A stretch of DNA of 64,000 nucleotides, from positions 24,799 through 88,798 of the forward strand of contig JBHLRQ010000002.1 in assembly GCA_048882385.1 (NCBI GenBank). The letters are read 5' to 3'. Below are positions 37,368 to 46,850 of the stretch, in pieces. The stretch comes from Candidatus Thorarchaeota archaeon. GTDB taxonomy: Archaea > Asgardarchaeota > Thorarchaeia > Thorarchaeales > Thorarchaeaceae. The translations under genes and the position numbers were made by a program. Below the pieces are notes generated by a model, which was given only the letters and a program-made list of their open reading frames with translations, made no database searches and was not told where the DNA came from. Every line of letters begins with the position of its first letter. The first letter of the stretch is position 1.

Positions 37368-39764
37368 ATGCAGTTATTCGAGACATTTGCTGGAATGCAC
37401 TGGTATGAACAAGCAATGATCTTCACAGTCATTCTGGCTGCTATTGCAAGTCTCGTGTACGCTTGGTGGCTCAGAAAAGGAGTCCTTCAACAGGACAAAG
37501 GGACTGAGCAGATGCAGAAGGTTTGGAATGGCATTAGAGAGGGTGCTCTGTCCTATTTGAATAGGCAGCTGAAGACAATAATTCCTATACTAGTTGTCTT
37601 ATCCTTCTTGCTCTTCTTTACTATTTACATCACCGTCCCAGAGAGAGGTACACTAGAGCTATTTGGAATCGATCCAATTAATCCTGAATCGACTCCAGAA
37701 GCCCTTGCAGCAGCAAGGTTACTTGTTGGTCTAGGTCGTTCTCTAGCCTTTGTACTGGGTGCGAGCTTCTCTTTGATAGTTGGACAGCTTGGTATGCGTA
37801 TTGCAGTTGAGTCCAACATTCGGGTTGCACAGGCTACACGAGAAGGTGAAGACAGATACAATAGAGCATTGACAATCTCGTACCGCGGTGGTACATTCAC
37901 CGGAATGTTGACTGACGGTCTTGGCTTGGCTGGTGGAACTTTCATCTTCATAATATATGGAATTGCAGCTCCTGATGCACTTCTTGGTTTTGGACTTGGA
38001 GGTACACTTCTCGCACTTTTCATGAGAGTTGGTGGCGGTATATATACAAAAGCCGCTGACGTCGGTGCTGACCTTGTAGGAAAACTTGAGCAAGGACTAC
38101 CTGAAGACGATCCACGAAATGCCGCTGTTGTAGCAGATCTTGTAGGAGATAATGTCGGTGACTGTGCAGGGATGGCAGCTGACATTTTCGAATCATATGA
38201 GGTGACAATCGTATCAGCTCTGATTCTGGCCATTGTCATCTTTCTTGAGAATCCAATCGGCCTCCTACCCGGTGGTCTATTGGCTGTAGTCGTCTTTCCA
38301 CTCTTCATACGAGCTGTTGGTGTAATTTCATCAATGATTGGAACGGTAATGGTGCCTGTCTGGCCTAGGATCCTGAAGAAAAGTGCTGTATATGCAGAGA
38401 AAGCAATGTTTCTCTCCTATGAGGCATCAAGTGCATTTACTATCATTCTATCAATGCTGATATCTTGGTTCTATGTCGGAGACCTCCGATTTGGAATCTT
38501 GATTGCTGTTGGTGTACTGCTTGCAGTATCATTCAATCCTATCACGAGCTACTTCACTTCACTGAAGAAACCACCTGTTCAAGAGATCGTCAAATCCGCT
38601 GAAACAGGTCATGCTACTTTCATTCTGTCAGGACTTGTAGCTGGCTACGAATCAACAGTTGCTGCCTTAGTTGTTATTGTCGCAACATTTGGTATTGCAT
38701 GGGTTCTATTCCTAGCACCTGTTGCAGCTGCCTTGGCACCTTGGTTCGTTGCTGATGCCTATGGACATCTATGGACACTTTATGGTATTGCATTGATTGG
38801 TATTGGAATGCTCTCACACACTGGCAATAATGTAGCCATGGACTCTTATGGTCCTATTAGCGACAATGCTGCTGGTATAGGTGAGCTATCACCTGGGGAT
38901 TTTGATGAAACCTCAATGAAGACCATGGCTGAACTTGACGCAGTTGGAAACACAACCAAAGCTATCACAAAAGGAGTTGCTATTGCTTCAGCAGTCATTG
39001 CTGCAGTAAGCCTATTCGACAGCTATGTCGTTGTGGCCGGGTTGGAACACATCTTCATGGATGACCCAATTGTGTTCTCAGGTCTTCTGCTTGGTGCTGC
39101 ATTACCTTGGTTGTTCTCTGCACTGAATATCAAGGCTGTCACACGAGCCGCAGGCGAGATGGTCATGGAGGTTCGAAGACAGTTCAGGATACCTGGTATC
39201 CTTGAAGGTACTAAGAAACCCGACTATGATAGGGCTGTTGATATTTCAACAACCGCTGCACAAAAGGAGCTCATCTCACTTGCAGCGCTAACAATCTCCA
39301 TTCCAATCATGGTGGGTATTCTGTTTGGTGTCACAGCACTCGGAGGATTTCTCGGTGGAATCATTGTGTCTGGTCAGTTGTTGGCCGTCTTCATGTCCAA
39401 CACCGGTGGAGCATGGGACAACGCGAAGAAAGCAATCGAGGATGAACCCTGTGATATAGAACATAACACTGGAAAGGGTTCTGAGCGCCACAAGTGTGGT
39501 GTTGTTGGTGACACAATTGGTGACCCACTAAAAGACACAGCAGGTCCTGCGCTCAATCCAATGATCAAGGTAGTTAACCTACTCGCTTTGATTCTAGCCC
39601 CCCTTCTGGTTCAGTTCACGTTTGGAGCAGATTTCACTACTAACATAATCTTAGTTGGTGCATTGTTCATAATGTTCATGCTAACAGTCTGGTCAATACG
39701 AAAGAGTACCAAACCTGCTGACTTCGGTACTAGCCGTGCCAAAGAATTGGAAGCAGTTCAGTAG
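37368..39764 (+). CDS. hppA: Membrane-integral H+-translocating pyrophosphatase, K+-independent type
   Basis: GGGIYTKAADVGADLVGK, EDDPRN, DNVGDCAG, DSYGPISDNAAG, GGAWDNAKK, GDTIGDPLKD. GNTTKA carries Lys at the K+-dependence determinant. Confidence 0.95.
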   Translation: MQLFETFAGMHWYEQAMIFTVILAAIASLVYAWWLRKGVLQQDKGTEQMQKVWNGIREGALSYLNRQLKTIIPILVVLSFLLFFTIYITVPERGTLELFGIDPINPESTPEALAAARLLVGLGRSLAFVLGASFSLIVGQLGMRIAVESNIRVAQATREGEDRYNRALTISYRGGTFTGMLTDGLGLAGGTFIFIIYGIAAPDALLGFGLGGTLLALFMRVGGGIYTKAADVGADLVGKLEQGLPEDDPRNAAVVADLVGDNVGDCAGMAADIFESYEVTIVSALILAIVIFLENPIGLLPGGLLAVVVFPLFIRAVGVISSMIGTVMVPVWPRILKKSAVYAEKAMFLSYEASSAFTIILSMLISWFYVGDLRFGILIAVGVLLAVSFNPITSYFTSLKKPPVQEIVKSAETGHATFILSGLVAGYESTVAALVVIVATFGIAWVLFLAPVAAALAPWFVADAYGHLWTLYGIALIGIGMLSHTGNNVAMDSYGPISDNAAGIGELSPGDFDETSMKTMAELDAVGNTTKAITKGVAIASAVIAAVSLFDSYVVVAGLEHIFMDDPIVFSGLLLGAALPWLFSALNIKAVTRAAGEMVMEVRRQFRIPGILEGTKKPDYDRAVDISTTAAQKELISLAALTISIPIMVGILFGVTALGGFLGGIIVSGQLLAVFMSNTGGAWDNAKKAIEDEPCDIEHNTGKGSERHKCGVVGDTIGDPLKDTAGPALNPMIKVVNLLALILAPLLVQFTFGADFTTNIILVGALFIMFMLTVWSIRKSTKPADFGTSRAKELEAVQ

Positions 39765-39780
39765 GAACAAACAATCTAGT

Positions 39781-39816
39781 GGTGGCACCTAGTGCCACCC
39801 ACCACTCTCTTCTTCT
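39781..39816 (+). terminator. Hairpin plus pyrimidine tract after hppA
   Basis: GGTGGCAC-CTA-GTGCCACC (39781-39799) followed by CTCTCTTCTTCTT. Confidence 0.5.
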
Positions 39817-39855
39817 TGAAAACGACAACCTTTTGTCCAAATAATCCACTATCTT

Positions 39856-41052
39856 TTGATTGCATTAGATAAATCGAGTTTTAGGAAAATGGAGAGGAAG
39901 AGGTTGGAAGGAAGTCTGACACCAAATACTCAGTTAGAAGGGCATGAGTTTACAGTCTGGTCTGTCGCCGTCACTGAAGATGGAAGGAACATACTTTCTG
40001 GCGGCCAAGACGCAACTATACGTCTTTGGGACATTGATAATGAAGAGGAAATTCACAAATTTGTTGGCCACCAAGGTCCTGTCTATGGTCTGGCTATAAT
40101 GCCTGATGGCAAGCGATTTGTATCAATTGCTGACAAAGACCTCGCTGTTAAAATCTGGGACATTGAAACTAAAACCCTAATCAGTTCATTGGCCCCCAAC
40201 TCTGCACATGTGAACGCAGTTGCAGTGAGTCATGATCAGAGATACATCGTTACAGGTGGAGATGATGGAATTACACGATTCTGGGACATCGATCGTGGCA
40301 TCAACCTCCGAACTCTTAAGCACACTCATAGTATATACTCCATTTTGATTAGCCCTGACAATCGGTACATGCTGTGTGGAAGCAAGCAAGAACTTCTCTC
40401 AACCAAACCGGGAGTAGTTACTGTTTGGGATTTTGAGCTTGGAATTCTTTTGAAGACCCTAGAAGGTCATAAAGGGCATGTTACAGCATTGGCAATGTCT
40501 GCAGACTCTCGATACATCCTGTCGGGTGGTCAGGATGGAGTAGTTCATCTCTGGGACCTCGAAACAGGAACACAGTTGAAGACGATGACTGGTCACAGAG
40601 ACTCAATACTATTGATTCATGTCACATCCGATGGTCAACACATCATTACTGGATCAGGAGATGGTACTGTCCGTGTCTGGATTCTCCGTGGAGGTGTTCT
40701 TCTACGAAACCTCACACATACAGAGAACGTACACTCAATGGCCATCACGTCAGATAGTCGTCACGTCATCACGGGTTCTGTAGAGGGTATGGTTGAGATT
40801 TGGGATTTTGAAAGAGACAGTCCTTGGATTGATACATCAAAGGAGCGAGCTGAAGAGGAAAAGACAGAGCTAGAAGCTTTCCGTATGCTTCAACTCAAAA
40901 AGATAATGACTCGTTATGAAACATTACCTCTTGAACGATTAGCAACAGTTCTTAGATTTCCAAATCTTGAAGAACTTGAGGATTGGTTATTGGACCTGCC
41001 TCCTGAGATGCCTGTCAAAATCGACGGTCCATTGCTCATCATTAGAAAGTAG
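39856..41052 (+). CDS. WD40-repeat beta-propeller with C-terminal PCI-like winged helix
   Basis: Seven GH...WD repeats; tail LKKIMTRYETLPLERLATVLRFPNLEELEDWLLDL...KIDG. Start may be ATG 39889. Confidence 0.9.
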   Translation: MIALDKSSFRKMERKRLEGSLTPNTQLEGHEFTVWSVAVTEDGRNILSGGQDATIRLWDIDNEEEIHKFVGHQGPVYGLAIMPDGKRFVSIADKDLAVKIWDIETKTLISSLAPNSAHVNAVAVSHDQRYIVTGGDDGITRFWDIDRGINLRTLKHTHSIYSILISPDNRYMLCGSKQELLSTKPGVVTVWDFELGILLKTLEGHKGHVTALAMSADSRYILSGGQDGVVHLWDLETGTQLKTMTGHRDSILLIHVTSDGQHIITGSGDGTVRVWILRGGVLLRNLTHTENVHSMAITSDSRHVITGSVEGMVEIWDFERDSPWIDTSKERAEEEKTELEAFRMLQLKKIMTRYETLPLERLATVLRFPNLEELEDWLLDLPPEMPVKIDGPLLIIRK

Positions 41053-41130
41053 ACAAATCTTGCGTCAAACATTCTACTATTAATATTGCATAAGTCAGTC
41101 ATCTATACAAACATCTTTGGAGTCAATCCC

Positions 41131-42195
41131 ATGAACGATGAAATCACATACAAAGAATTAGAGGAAACGCTTGTCATCTACAAACGAATTCATGGGAAAG
41201 CAAAAGATCTTCCACCAATATTTGAAAGTCTGAGTAAAGCAGCAGGGAACAAGGCTAATGGAGTCCCCATAGTCATTCATCACTGGCCACTTCGTGATGA
41301 CAATGGATATGACATGGATGTCTGTATACCAGTTGACGGTGAAATCAAGACTTCTGAATTTAGCACAAAGACATTGAAGGGCGGTCATGCCGCATCACTG
41401 ATTTACAAGGGAGCGTATGAGAAGATTGGAGAAACCTATTCTAGGATGGTGACTGATTTTTATTCTCACGGTCTGCCTATTGCTGAATCTGGTCGGATGG
41501 AATATCCAAATCTTGATCTCGAAGACCCGGAGAAAAACATCATTGAAGTTCAGATAGTCCTACATGATTGGGAGAATAGGCTATCTGAAAACGTACGCCG
41601 GGTTTTGGGACCTGATGTCGAAAAGCAGGTTATGACCAGTTTGAGAGAGATTCCTCTAACAGCACCGCATAAAGATAGGACGAATGCTATCATAGCTGTG
41701 TTAGAGAAACTGGAAAAGGTTGCAGATGAATCACAACGATATGAAATCCTTTCAAGATGCGCTCATGTATACCCACCAGAACTCATTCCACCTATGAGAG
41801 AACTCTGGCTAAATACAAAGAATATTGATGCTGTAATAGCAAAAATGAAAGAACTTGGAGGTTACTATCCGAAGTGTAGCAGAAATGGGCGAGTCATATC
41901 ACAGGTAAAGAATCCTGCCAATCCAAAGGCTTTCGAGGAAGCAAAGACTCGTGAGGAGAAGCGGAAAGCATATTGTTTCTGTCCCCTTATTAAAGAGTCA
42001 TTAGATGAGGTTCCGAGTACATTCTGCAACTGTTCAGCAGGTTGGCCTCGTCAGATTTGGGAAGGAATCTTGGGGGAAAAGGTCAGAGTGGAAATAGTAA
42101 GGTCTTTACTGACTGATGATGACTACTGTGAATTTGCCATCTACCTTCCTGATTCTGTTCAGACTGATGGATTTGATCAGACCATTGAAGCCTGA
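41131..42195 (+). CDS. GyrI-like small-molecule-binding domain fused to a Cys-rich V4R/DUF6144-like domain
   Basis: DMDVCIPV, ASLIYKGAYEKIGETY (GyrI-like); RCAH, YCFCP, FCNCSAGW, SLL..DDYCEFAI. Confidence 0.75.
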   Translation: MNDEITYKELEETLVIYKRIHGKAKDLPPIFESLSKAAGNKANGVPIVIHHWPLRDDNGYDMDVCIPVDGEIKTSEFSTKTLKGGHAASLIYKGAYEKIGETYSRMVTDFYSHGLPIAESGRMEYPNLDLEDPEKNIIEVQIVLHDWENRLSENVRRVLGPDVEKQVMTSLREIPLTAPHKDRTNAIIAVLEKLEKVADESQRYEILSRCAHVYPPELIPPMRELWLNTKNIDAVIAKMKELGGYYPKCSRNGRVISQVKNPANPKAFEEAKTREEKRKAYCFCPLIKESLDEVPSTFCNCSAGWPRQIWEGILGEKVRVEIVRSLLTDDDYCEFAIYLPDSVQTDGFDQTIEA

Positions 42196-42212
42196 CCTTT
42201 CTTCTGGTGATA

Positions 42213-44261
42213 CTATCTCTTCTTCTTGAGTATCAAAACAACAGCCCCAATTATGACGGCGGCTGAACCAACAATCGTTCCAATGATCAAGATGTCTGGC
42301 AGTCCAGAGGTCACTGTAACCCAGACGGTATTTGTCACGGAATGTCCAGCTATATCCTTGAGGATCAGAGTGAAGTTGTAACTTCCAACATTTAATCCAT
42401 CAACATTATGAACTATGTTCGACCCATTCCAATCCTCAGTTGTACCGACAAACCCGTCATGGATTATAGTGTAGTTTGAATGGTCTCCATCCTCGTCTGT
42501 CACTTCCCAAACAATTTGGTTTCCTGTTGTTCCCTGAATGTATGTGACATCGCTCACTGAGAGTATCCTTGGAGCCAAACCTGATGGCCAATGATAGTCC
42601 ATGGCTCTACTGAGTTCTGTCCGAATTTCGGGATTATCAAAATCAGATACGTAAAATGGTCCGCATGTTGGAACAGGAGCTGAATAACTCCATTCTGCAT
42701 ATCCTAAACCTGTTTCTTCATTATAGATGTGCTCAGGGATGATTTTCTCCTGAAGTATCTGTTGAATGTTGTAAAATGATTCAGTGCTTAATACCACTCT
42801 TGCTCTATACGACGACAATACTTGTGAGGACATGTATTCATTAGGCCATCCGTAATACGAGTGAGAATTTCCGTATGCCCTTGTTTCATTAATATACATG
42901 AAAGTGAAGGCTATGTCTTCAGCAGTGAGAAGTTCTCCATCTGACCAAACAGCATTGTCCTTGATATCAACTGTAATCCATGTCTGTCCCTCTGGAACTG
43001 ATGGATTGGCTGCATGATTCTCGATGAGTATTTCTTTGACTAGGTCCGGATATGCAACATCGTCTGGCCCCATCTTGAATAGACTTGATTGAAGGGTTTC
43101 ACTGACTGCTTTTGAAACATAGTTGTTGGAGGAAAGAAAGTTGTATGTACTAGGTTCAAGCCCAGTAGCAATATTATAGGTCCCTCCGAAAGGACTACCA
43201 GTTCTAGTGTGGACTTTCAAGTTAGTCCAGGGACCCAAAATCCCCCAAAATTTGTCCTCAACATGACCAGTGAGCTCTGCTATCCGATAAGCTTGATAGT
43301 CGATATCCTCGTAGAGAATAATTGATGGTACATTCTCTTGCAGATGCTCTTGTAAGGCTGAGATTGTCTCAAAGACTTCTTCGTAAGTCGTGGCACTATG
43401 AAACTCATCGAACAATGTATCAAACGTGTCATTCTCATACCTGTATTGATTGATATATGCCACATCCGCGTATTGTGACAAATAATCAGACAATATTCTA
43501 TCAGGGTCATCCTCAAAAAATCTCCAATCGTGGATTGCCAAGTCATAATTTGGATCATAGTCTTTTGGATAAACTGAATGAATCCACATAGTACCCTTTT
43601 CAGTAAGAGTTGGAATGTGAAGTGATGCTAATGCATCAGCTACAATCCCTGCGGCTGGATGATCCCAAGACAGAATCGTGAACGAAAAGAAGGTTCCATT
43701 AGGCATCTGTCTCATATTAGTACCAGGATCGACCACAAAACCCAGATTATCTAGAATCTGATTTCCGAGATCTGATTGGTTTGTATAGTAATCATATGGA
43801 AGGTCGTCTTCAATACACCAACTACTTCGCAATGAAAAGACCGAATCATGTCCTATTGCGTGATTACTCCTGGCTTCTGCTACAATCCGAGTTTTGTCAA
43901 TTGCATATGCAATGGCTCTTCTAAATGCACTGATGTTCAGGGGGTACTTTCGGCAGTTGATTGCGAGGCGTCCGTAGCCATTTTCTGGTATTGGGTGTAC
44001 TCCAATATCAGGATCCGCCTCCAAGATGCTTAGGTAAGTTGGATCAATAGGGTCAAGGAGTGCATCGAAGTTTCCAGCCTGTAATGCGAGAATTCTACTA
44101 GCCTCATCAGGTTCTACAGTATATACAACCTTCTCCATATATGAGCCAGAACAAGGATTCTCTGAATCTTCAAGCACTGCATTGATTGTAATAGTGCTGG
44201 AGAATAAAATGATTGCCAAAAAGCAAACTATCACAACGCGAATAGCTGATTTTAAAGCCAT
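42213..44261 (-). CDS. ABC peptide/nickel substrate-binding protein (family 5), membrane-anchored
   Basis: Signal peptide; FRRAIAYAIDK, WSDGELLTAEDIAFTF, CGPFYV motifs; Ig-like stalk; C-terminal TM + KKR. Confidence 0.88.
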   Translation of the reverse strand: MALKSAIRVVIVCFLAIILFSSTITINAVLEDSENPCSGSYMEKVVYTVEPDEASRILALQAGNFDALLDPIDPTYLSILEADPDIGVHPIPENGYGRLAINCRKYPLNISAFRRAIAYAIDKTRIVAEARSNHAIGHDSVFSLRSSWCIEDDLPYDYYTNQSDLGNQILDNLGFVVDPGTNMRQMPNGTFFSFTILSWDHPAAGIVADALASLHIPTLTEKGTMWIHSVYPKDYDPNYDLAIHDWRFFEDDPDRILSDYLSQYADVAYINQYRYENDTFDTLFDEFHSATTYEEVFETISALQEHLQENVPSIILYEDIDYQAYRIAELTGHVEDKFWGILGPWTNLKVHTRTGSPFGGTYNIATGLEPSTYNFLSSNNYVSKAVSETLQSSLFKMGPDDVAYPDLVKEILIENHAANPSVPEGQTWITVDIKDNAVWSDGELLTAEDIAFTFMYINETRAYGNSHSYYGWPNEYMSSQVLSSYRARVVLSTESFYNIQQILQEKIIPEHIYNEETGLGYAEWSYSAPVPTCGPFYVSDFDNPEIRTELSRAMDYHWPSGLAPRILSVSDVTYIQGTTGNQIVWEVTDEDGDHSNYTIIHDGFVGTTEDWNGSNIVHNVDGLNVGSYNFTLILKDIAGHSVTNTVWVTVTSGLPDILIIGTIVGSAAVIIGAVVLILKKKR

Positions 44262-44359
44262 ATCAAAACGCCCCTACGATGTTCCAAACATTTGAGGATA
44301 AATACTTAGTCGTTCCTTGAAACAATTCTCGGCTTGAGAGAATCCTTCTGAAACACGAT

Positions 44360-44698
44360 TCATGATTGTTTTCCATCATCATGTAAAAGGAAGTATCCTG
44401 CTAACACATATTTAGATGCCAAGAATGCTATCTGCCTCTCATCGTCTGTCAAGGGGATTGATTCCACTCCCAGACTTTCCATCTTGGCTTTGAGCTCCTC
44501 TTCATACATCTCCTCAATGTGCTTTCCAGTTTCAGCTTCTAGTCGTTGCATGTCCTCTCTTCGAAGCTTTACTACCCTATCAGAACCTGCAATAAGATAC
44601 AGCATGGATGGGCCAACACCAATTCGTAACAATTCTTTGACCACTCGAGGTCTCTTTCTTCTCGGACCTCTTTGTGAGCTTCTTGCTCTACCTCTCAT
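44360..44698 (-). CDS. Hypothetical protein (112 aa, basic N-terminus)
   Basis: ATG after GGCGAGAGTG; protein-like composition. Confidence 0.55.
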   Translation of the reverse strand: MRGRARSSQRGPRRKRPRVVKELLRIGVGPSMLYLIAGSDRVVKLRREDMQRLEAETGKHIEEMYEEELKAKMESLGVESIPLTDDERQIAFLASKYVLAGYFLLHDDGKQS

Positions 44699-44783
44699 TT
44701 CACTCTCGCCTACTTTTGATGTTTACACAGGTTTCAATGTTTCTGCACAAGTGTAGGTCTACGAATTAAGCGCAATCCACATA

Positions 44784-45401
44784 CTAGGTTTCCTGATCAT
44801 CATCAGTCTTCTTAGTAGCTTTTATCATGCTCGTTTCTAATTTTGATAGACGTAACGAATCTGGATAAATTGATCTTAGAACAAATTCAAAGAAGGCCAT
44901 GAAGATAAGCATGAGGAATATGAAGAGTAGAACAACGCCAACAATTAGACCGGATTGTGGGTCTAGTGCTGGACTAAGGTCCACCCAGAATGGACTAAAG
45001 AAGGCAATTAGCAGATTCCATACGACCATACAAGTTGCTGTTGTAAGGTACCCCGAAACGAGAATTGTGAATCGATATATTCGCTCAAACTTGAGAAATT
45101 GTTCTTTCTCTTCCTCGAATATCCCGATGAATCTATCCACGAAAGGGAGGTACTCATCCCGATACCAATTGATACTGGTTGGGAGTAGAAAAGATAGACC
45201 TGTGAGTGCTATCAAGGTTGGAAGCAACAATCCTATACCCAAATCCCACGATAGGAGATCCCCAGGAAAACTCGAAACTGACACCAATACTCCTGCGAAG
45301 ACATGAGCAATAAACACATAGTCTTGATATCTGTCTCTTTCAGATGGTCTGAGACCAGCCCAATCAATTTCAGGAAGTCCTTCATTTTTTTCCGAGTTCA
45401 A
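44784..45401 (-). CDS. Four-TM membrane protein, unknown function
   Basis: TTG start after GAGGGA; four hydrophobic helices. Confidence 0.7.
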   Translation of the reverse strand: MNSEKNEGLPEIDWAGLRPSERDRYQDYVFIAHVFAGVLVSVSSFPGDLLSWDLGIGLLLPTLIALTGLSFLLPTSINWYRDEYLPFVDRFIGIFEEEKEQFLKFERIYRFTILVSGYLTTATCMVVWNLLIAFFSPFWVDLSPALDPQSGLIVGVVLLFIFLMLIFMAFFEFVLRSIYPDSLRLSKLETSMIKATKKTDDDQET

Positions 45402-45500
45402 TTACAGTCCCTCAGATAGAATTCCCAATACTTTCTAAAAAATCAGTTGATTATCTGACCTATAGAAGATCCATTTTGAGATGAGAAAGAAAGAGAATAT

Positions 45501-45603
45501 GGGCCTGGAGCGAGGGAAAATATAGGGAAAGTAGACTGTTGTTTTCACAACAGCAGGTATTCGCGTGGTTAGGAGGGGAGTTTGAAGCCCTCACACCAGA
45601 CCC
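45501..45603 (-). ncRNA. Putative structured small RNA, copy 1 (103 nt)
   Basis: 5' GGGUCUGGUGUGAGGG pairs with 3' CCCUCGCUCCAGGCCC (15/16, two U-G wobbles). Internal CUGUUGU-GAAA-ACAACAG hairpin. TATA-like GTTTAATATA about 25 nt upstream; U/C tract downstream. Confidence 0.75.
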
Positions 45604-45775
45604 TGAAATTTAATCCCGCGATAGTATATTAAACATTGAGTTAGGGGAAATTAGAAAAATTAAATGTGTTCTAGCTCGGAATGGATGGATTTCTGAAGAC
45701 TTGCATAAGACTTCGACAACATTTTTCAGACTGAGTATCAACTTTTCATCAATTTGGAATGTGGAGTGATTTCCA

Positions 45776-46609
45776 TTGAAGCTCACTCGTGGCGGAATCC
45801 TATTCATTATCATACTCTTCCTCATAGAAGTGTATGTCGTAATTACTCAATGGTCTGCTCCACTCAGTTGGGGCACAGTTCCACTAACTCGTTTGAATGG
45901 AGGAATTTCATATACGATCATGTGGCTTGTATGGCCCTTAGTTGGAAGCATTTTTTTTGCAGTTGTGATGCCTCGCATTCTAGCTCCCCTTTTTCTGAAA
46001 TTGAAAGGAGCTGTCTGGCCTGACTACAAGAATGCCTATGTTGACCTTCCTCCACCCACTCTCAGACAGACAAGTGTTGTACGAAGAGCTATCTATCTCG
46101 GACTGCTTACAATGGGTATTGTTTCCATTCTGATTTACGTCCTTCCTCCCACGCTCTTCCTTCCATCTGGTGAAGTTGAGCCAGGCGAAGTTTCTGTTTT
46201 TCACATGGCCTCAATTGCTAGCATTGCTGGTCTGGTCGTTCCTATTGCTGTAGCAATGTGGTCTACAGGATGGTCATATCGTGATGCTTCACTAGTCCAT
46301 TATAAGATTCCTGATGACGGAGTTGAGGAACTTTATGAGATTGAACCAATCTATCTAAGATTCGACTCTTTTCTGAAGGGATATGCAGGATTCTCTTCAA
46401 TTCTATTCATCATCAATCTTGTAGTTGTTCAATTCAGTACACAAGACCTTGTGATGGCTCTACTTGTTCTCTATGTCTTTATGCACATTTCCTTCCTAAC
46501 GCTGCCAGCCCTCTATGTTCATTCTCAAATGAATCATATGTGGCTTAGAAAGAATCTCCCCAAAGCACGAAGGTTCACTAAATCTGATGTTCAGATTCTT
46601 GAAGAATAA
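45776..46609 (+). CDS. Multi-pass membrane protein (about 6 TM), unknown function
   Basis: Hydrophobic helices; polar motif DASLVHYK...YEIEPI...KGYAG; TTG after GGAGTGA. Confidence 0.75.
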   Translation: MKLTRGGILFIIILFLIEVYVVITQWSAPLSWGTVPLTRLNGGISYTIMWLVWPLVGSIFFAVVMPRILAPLFLKLKGAVWPDYKNAYVDLPPPTLRQTSVVRRAIYLGLLTMGIVSILIYVLPPTLFLPSGEVEPGEVSVFHMASIASIAGLVVPIAVAMWSTGWSYRDASLVHYKIPDDGVEELYEIEPIYLRFDSFLKGYAGFSSILFIINLVVVQFSTQDLVMALLVLYVFMHISFLTLPALYVHSQMNHMWLRKNLPKARRFTKSDVQILEE

Positions 46610-46627
46610 TAGATTGGAAAAGAAGAT

Positions 46628-46724
46628 AGGATCCGATTCGGTGTGTGTAGGTATTCGAAAGTTTCCTTTCGATCGCGTGGTAGGAGGGAGATTGAAGATT
46701 ATAGAAATCGACGAATCGAATCCT
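46628..46724 (-). ncRNA. Putative structured small RNA, copy 2 (97 nt)
   Basis: 5' AGGAUUCGAUUCG pairs with 3' CGAAUCGGAUCCU (13 bp, one U-G). Internal UCGAAAG-GAAA-CUUUCGA hairpin. Shares its loop core with copy 1. GTTTATTAAT about 25 nt upstream; UCUUCUUUU downstream. Confidence 0.75.
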
Positions 46725-46850
46725 TACTTGGCCTCAGATAGCTGATTAATAAACTTATTTTTGCCGGAATATTGCACAAAATTAAATTGAAAATTCGTCA
46801 AAAGCCAGAAAATAGTGTCCACTAATGTGAGGTGTATGCCCCCTCGAGGG

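Noticed and set aside
37625-38308. 227-aa antisense ORF
   Set aside because: Antisense shadow of the conserved hppA coding region.
35037-45600. Possible island integrated at tRNA-Ala
   Set aside because: No integrase and no duplicated tRNA 3' end seen in the window; downstream genes include housekeeping hppA.
45555-46697. Direct repeat TCGCGTGGT..AGGAGGG..TTGAAG read as CRISPR repeats or att sites
   Set aside because: Only two imperfect copies 1.1 kb apart, no cas or recombinase genes; better explained as conserved loops of structured RNAs.
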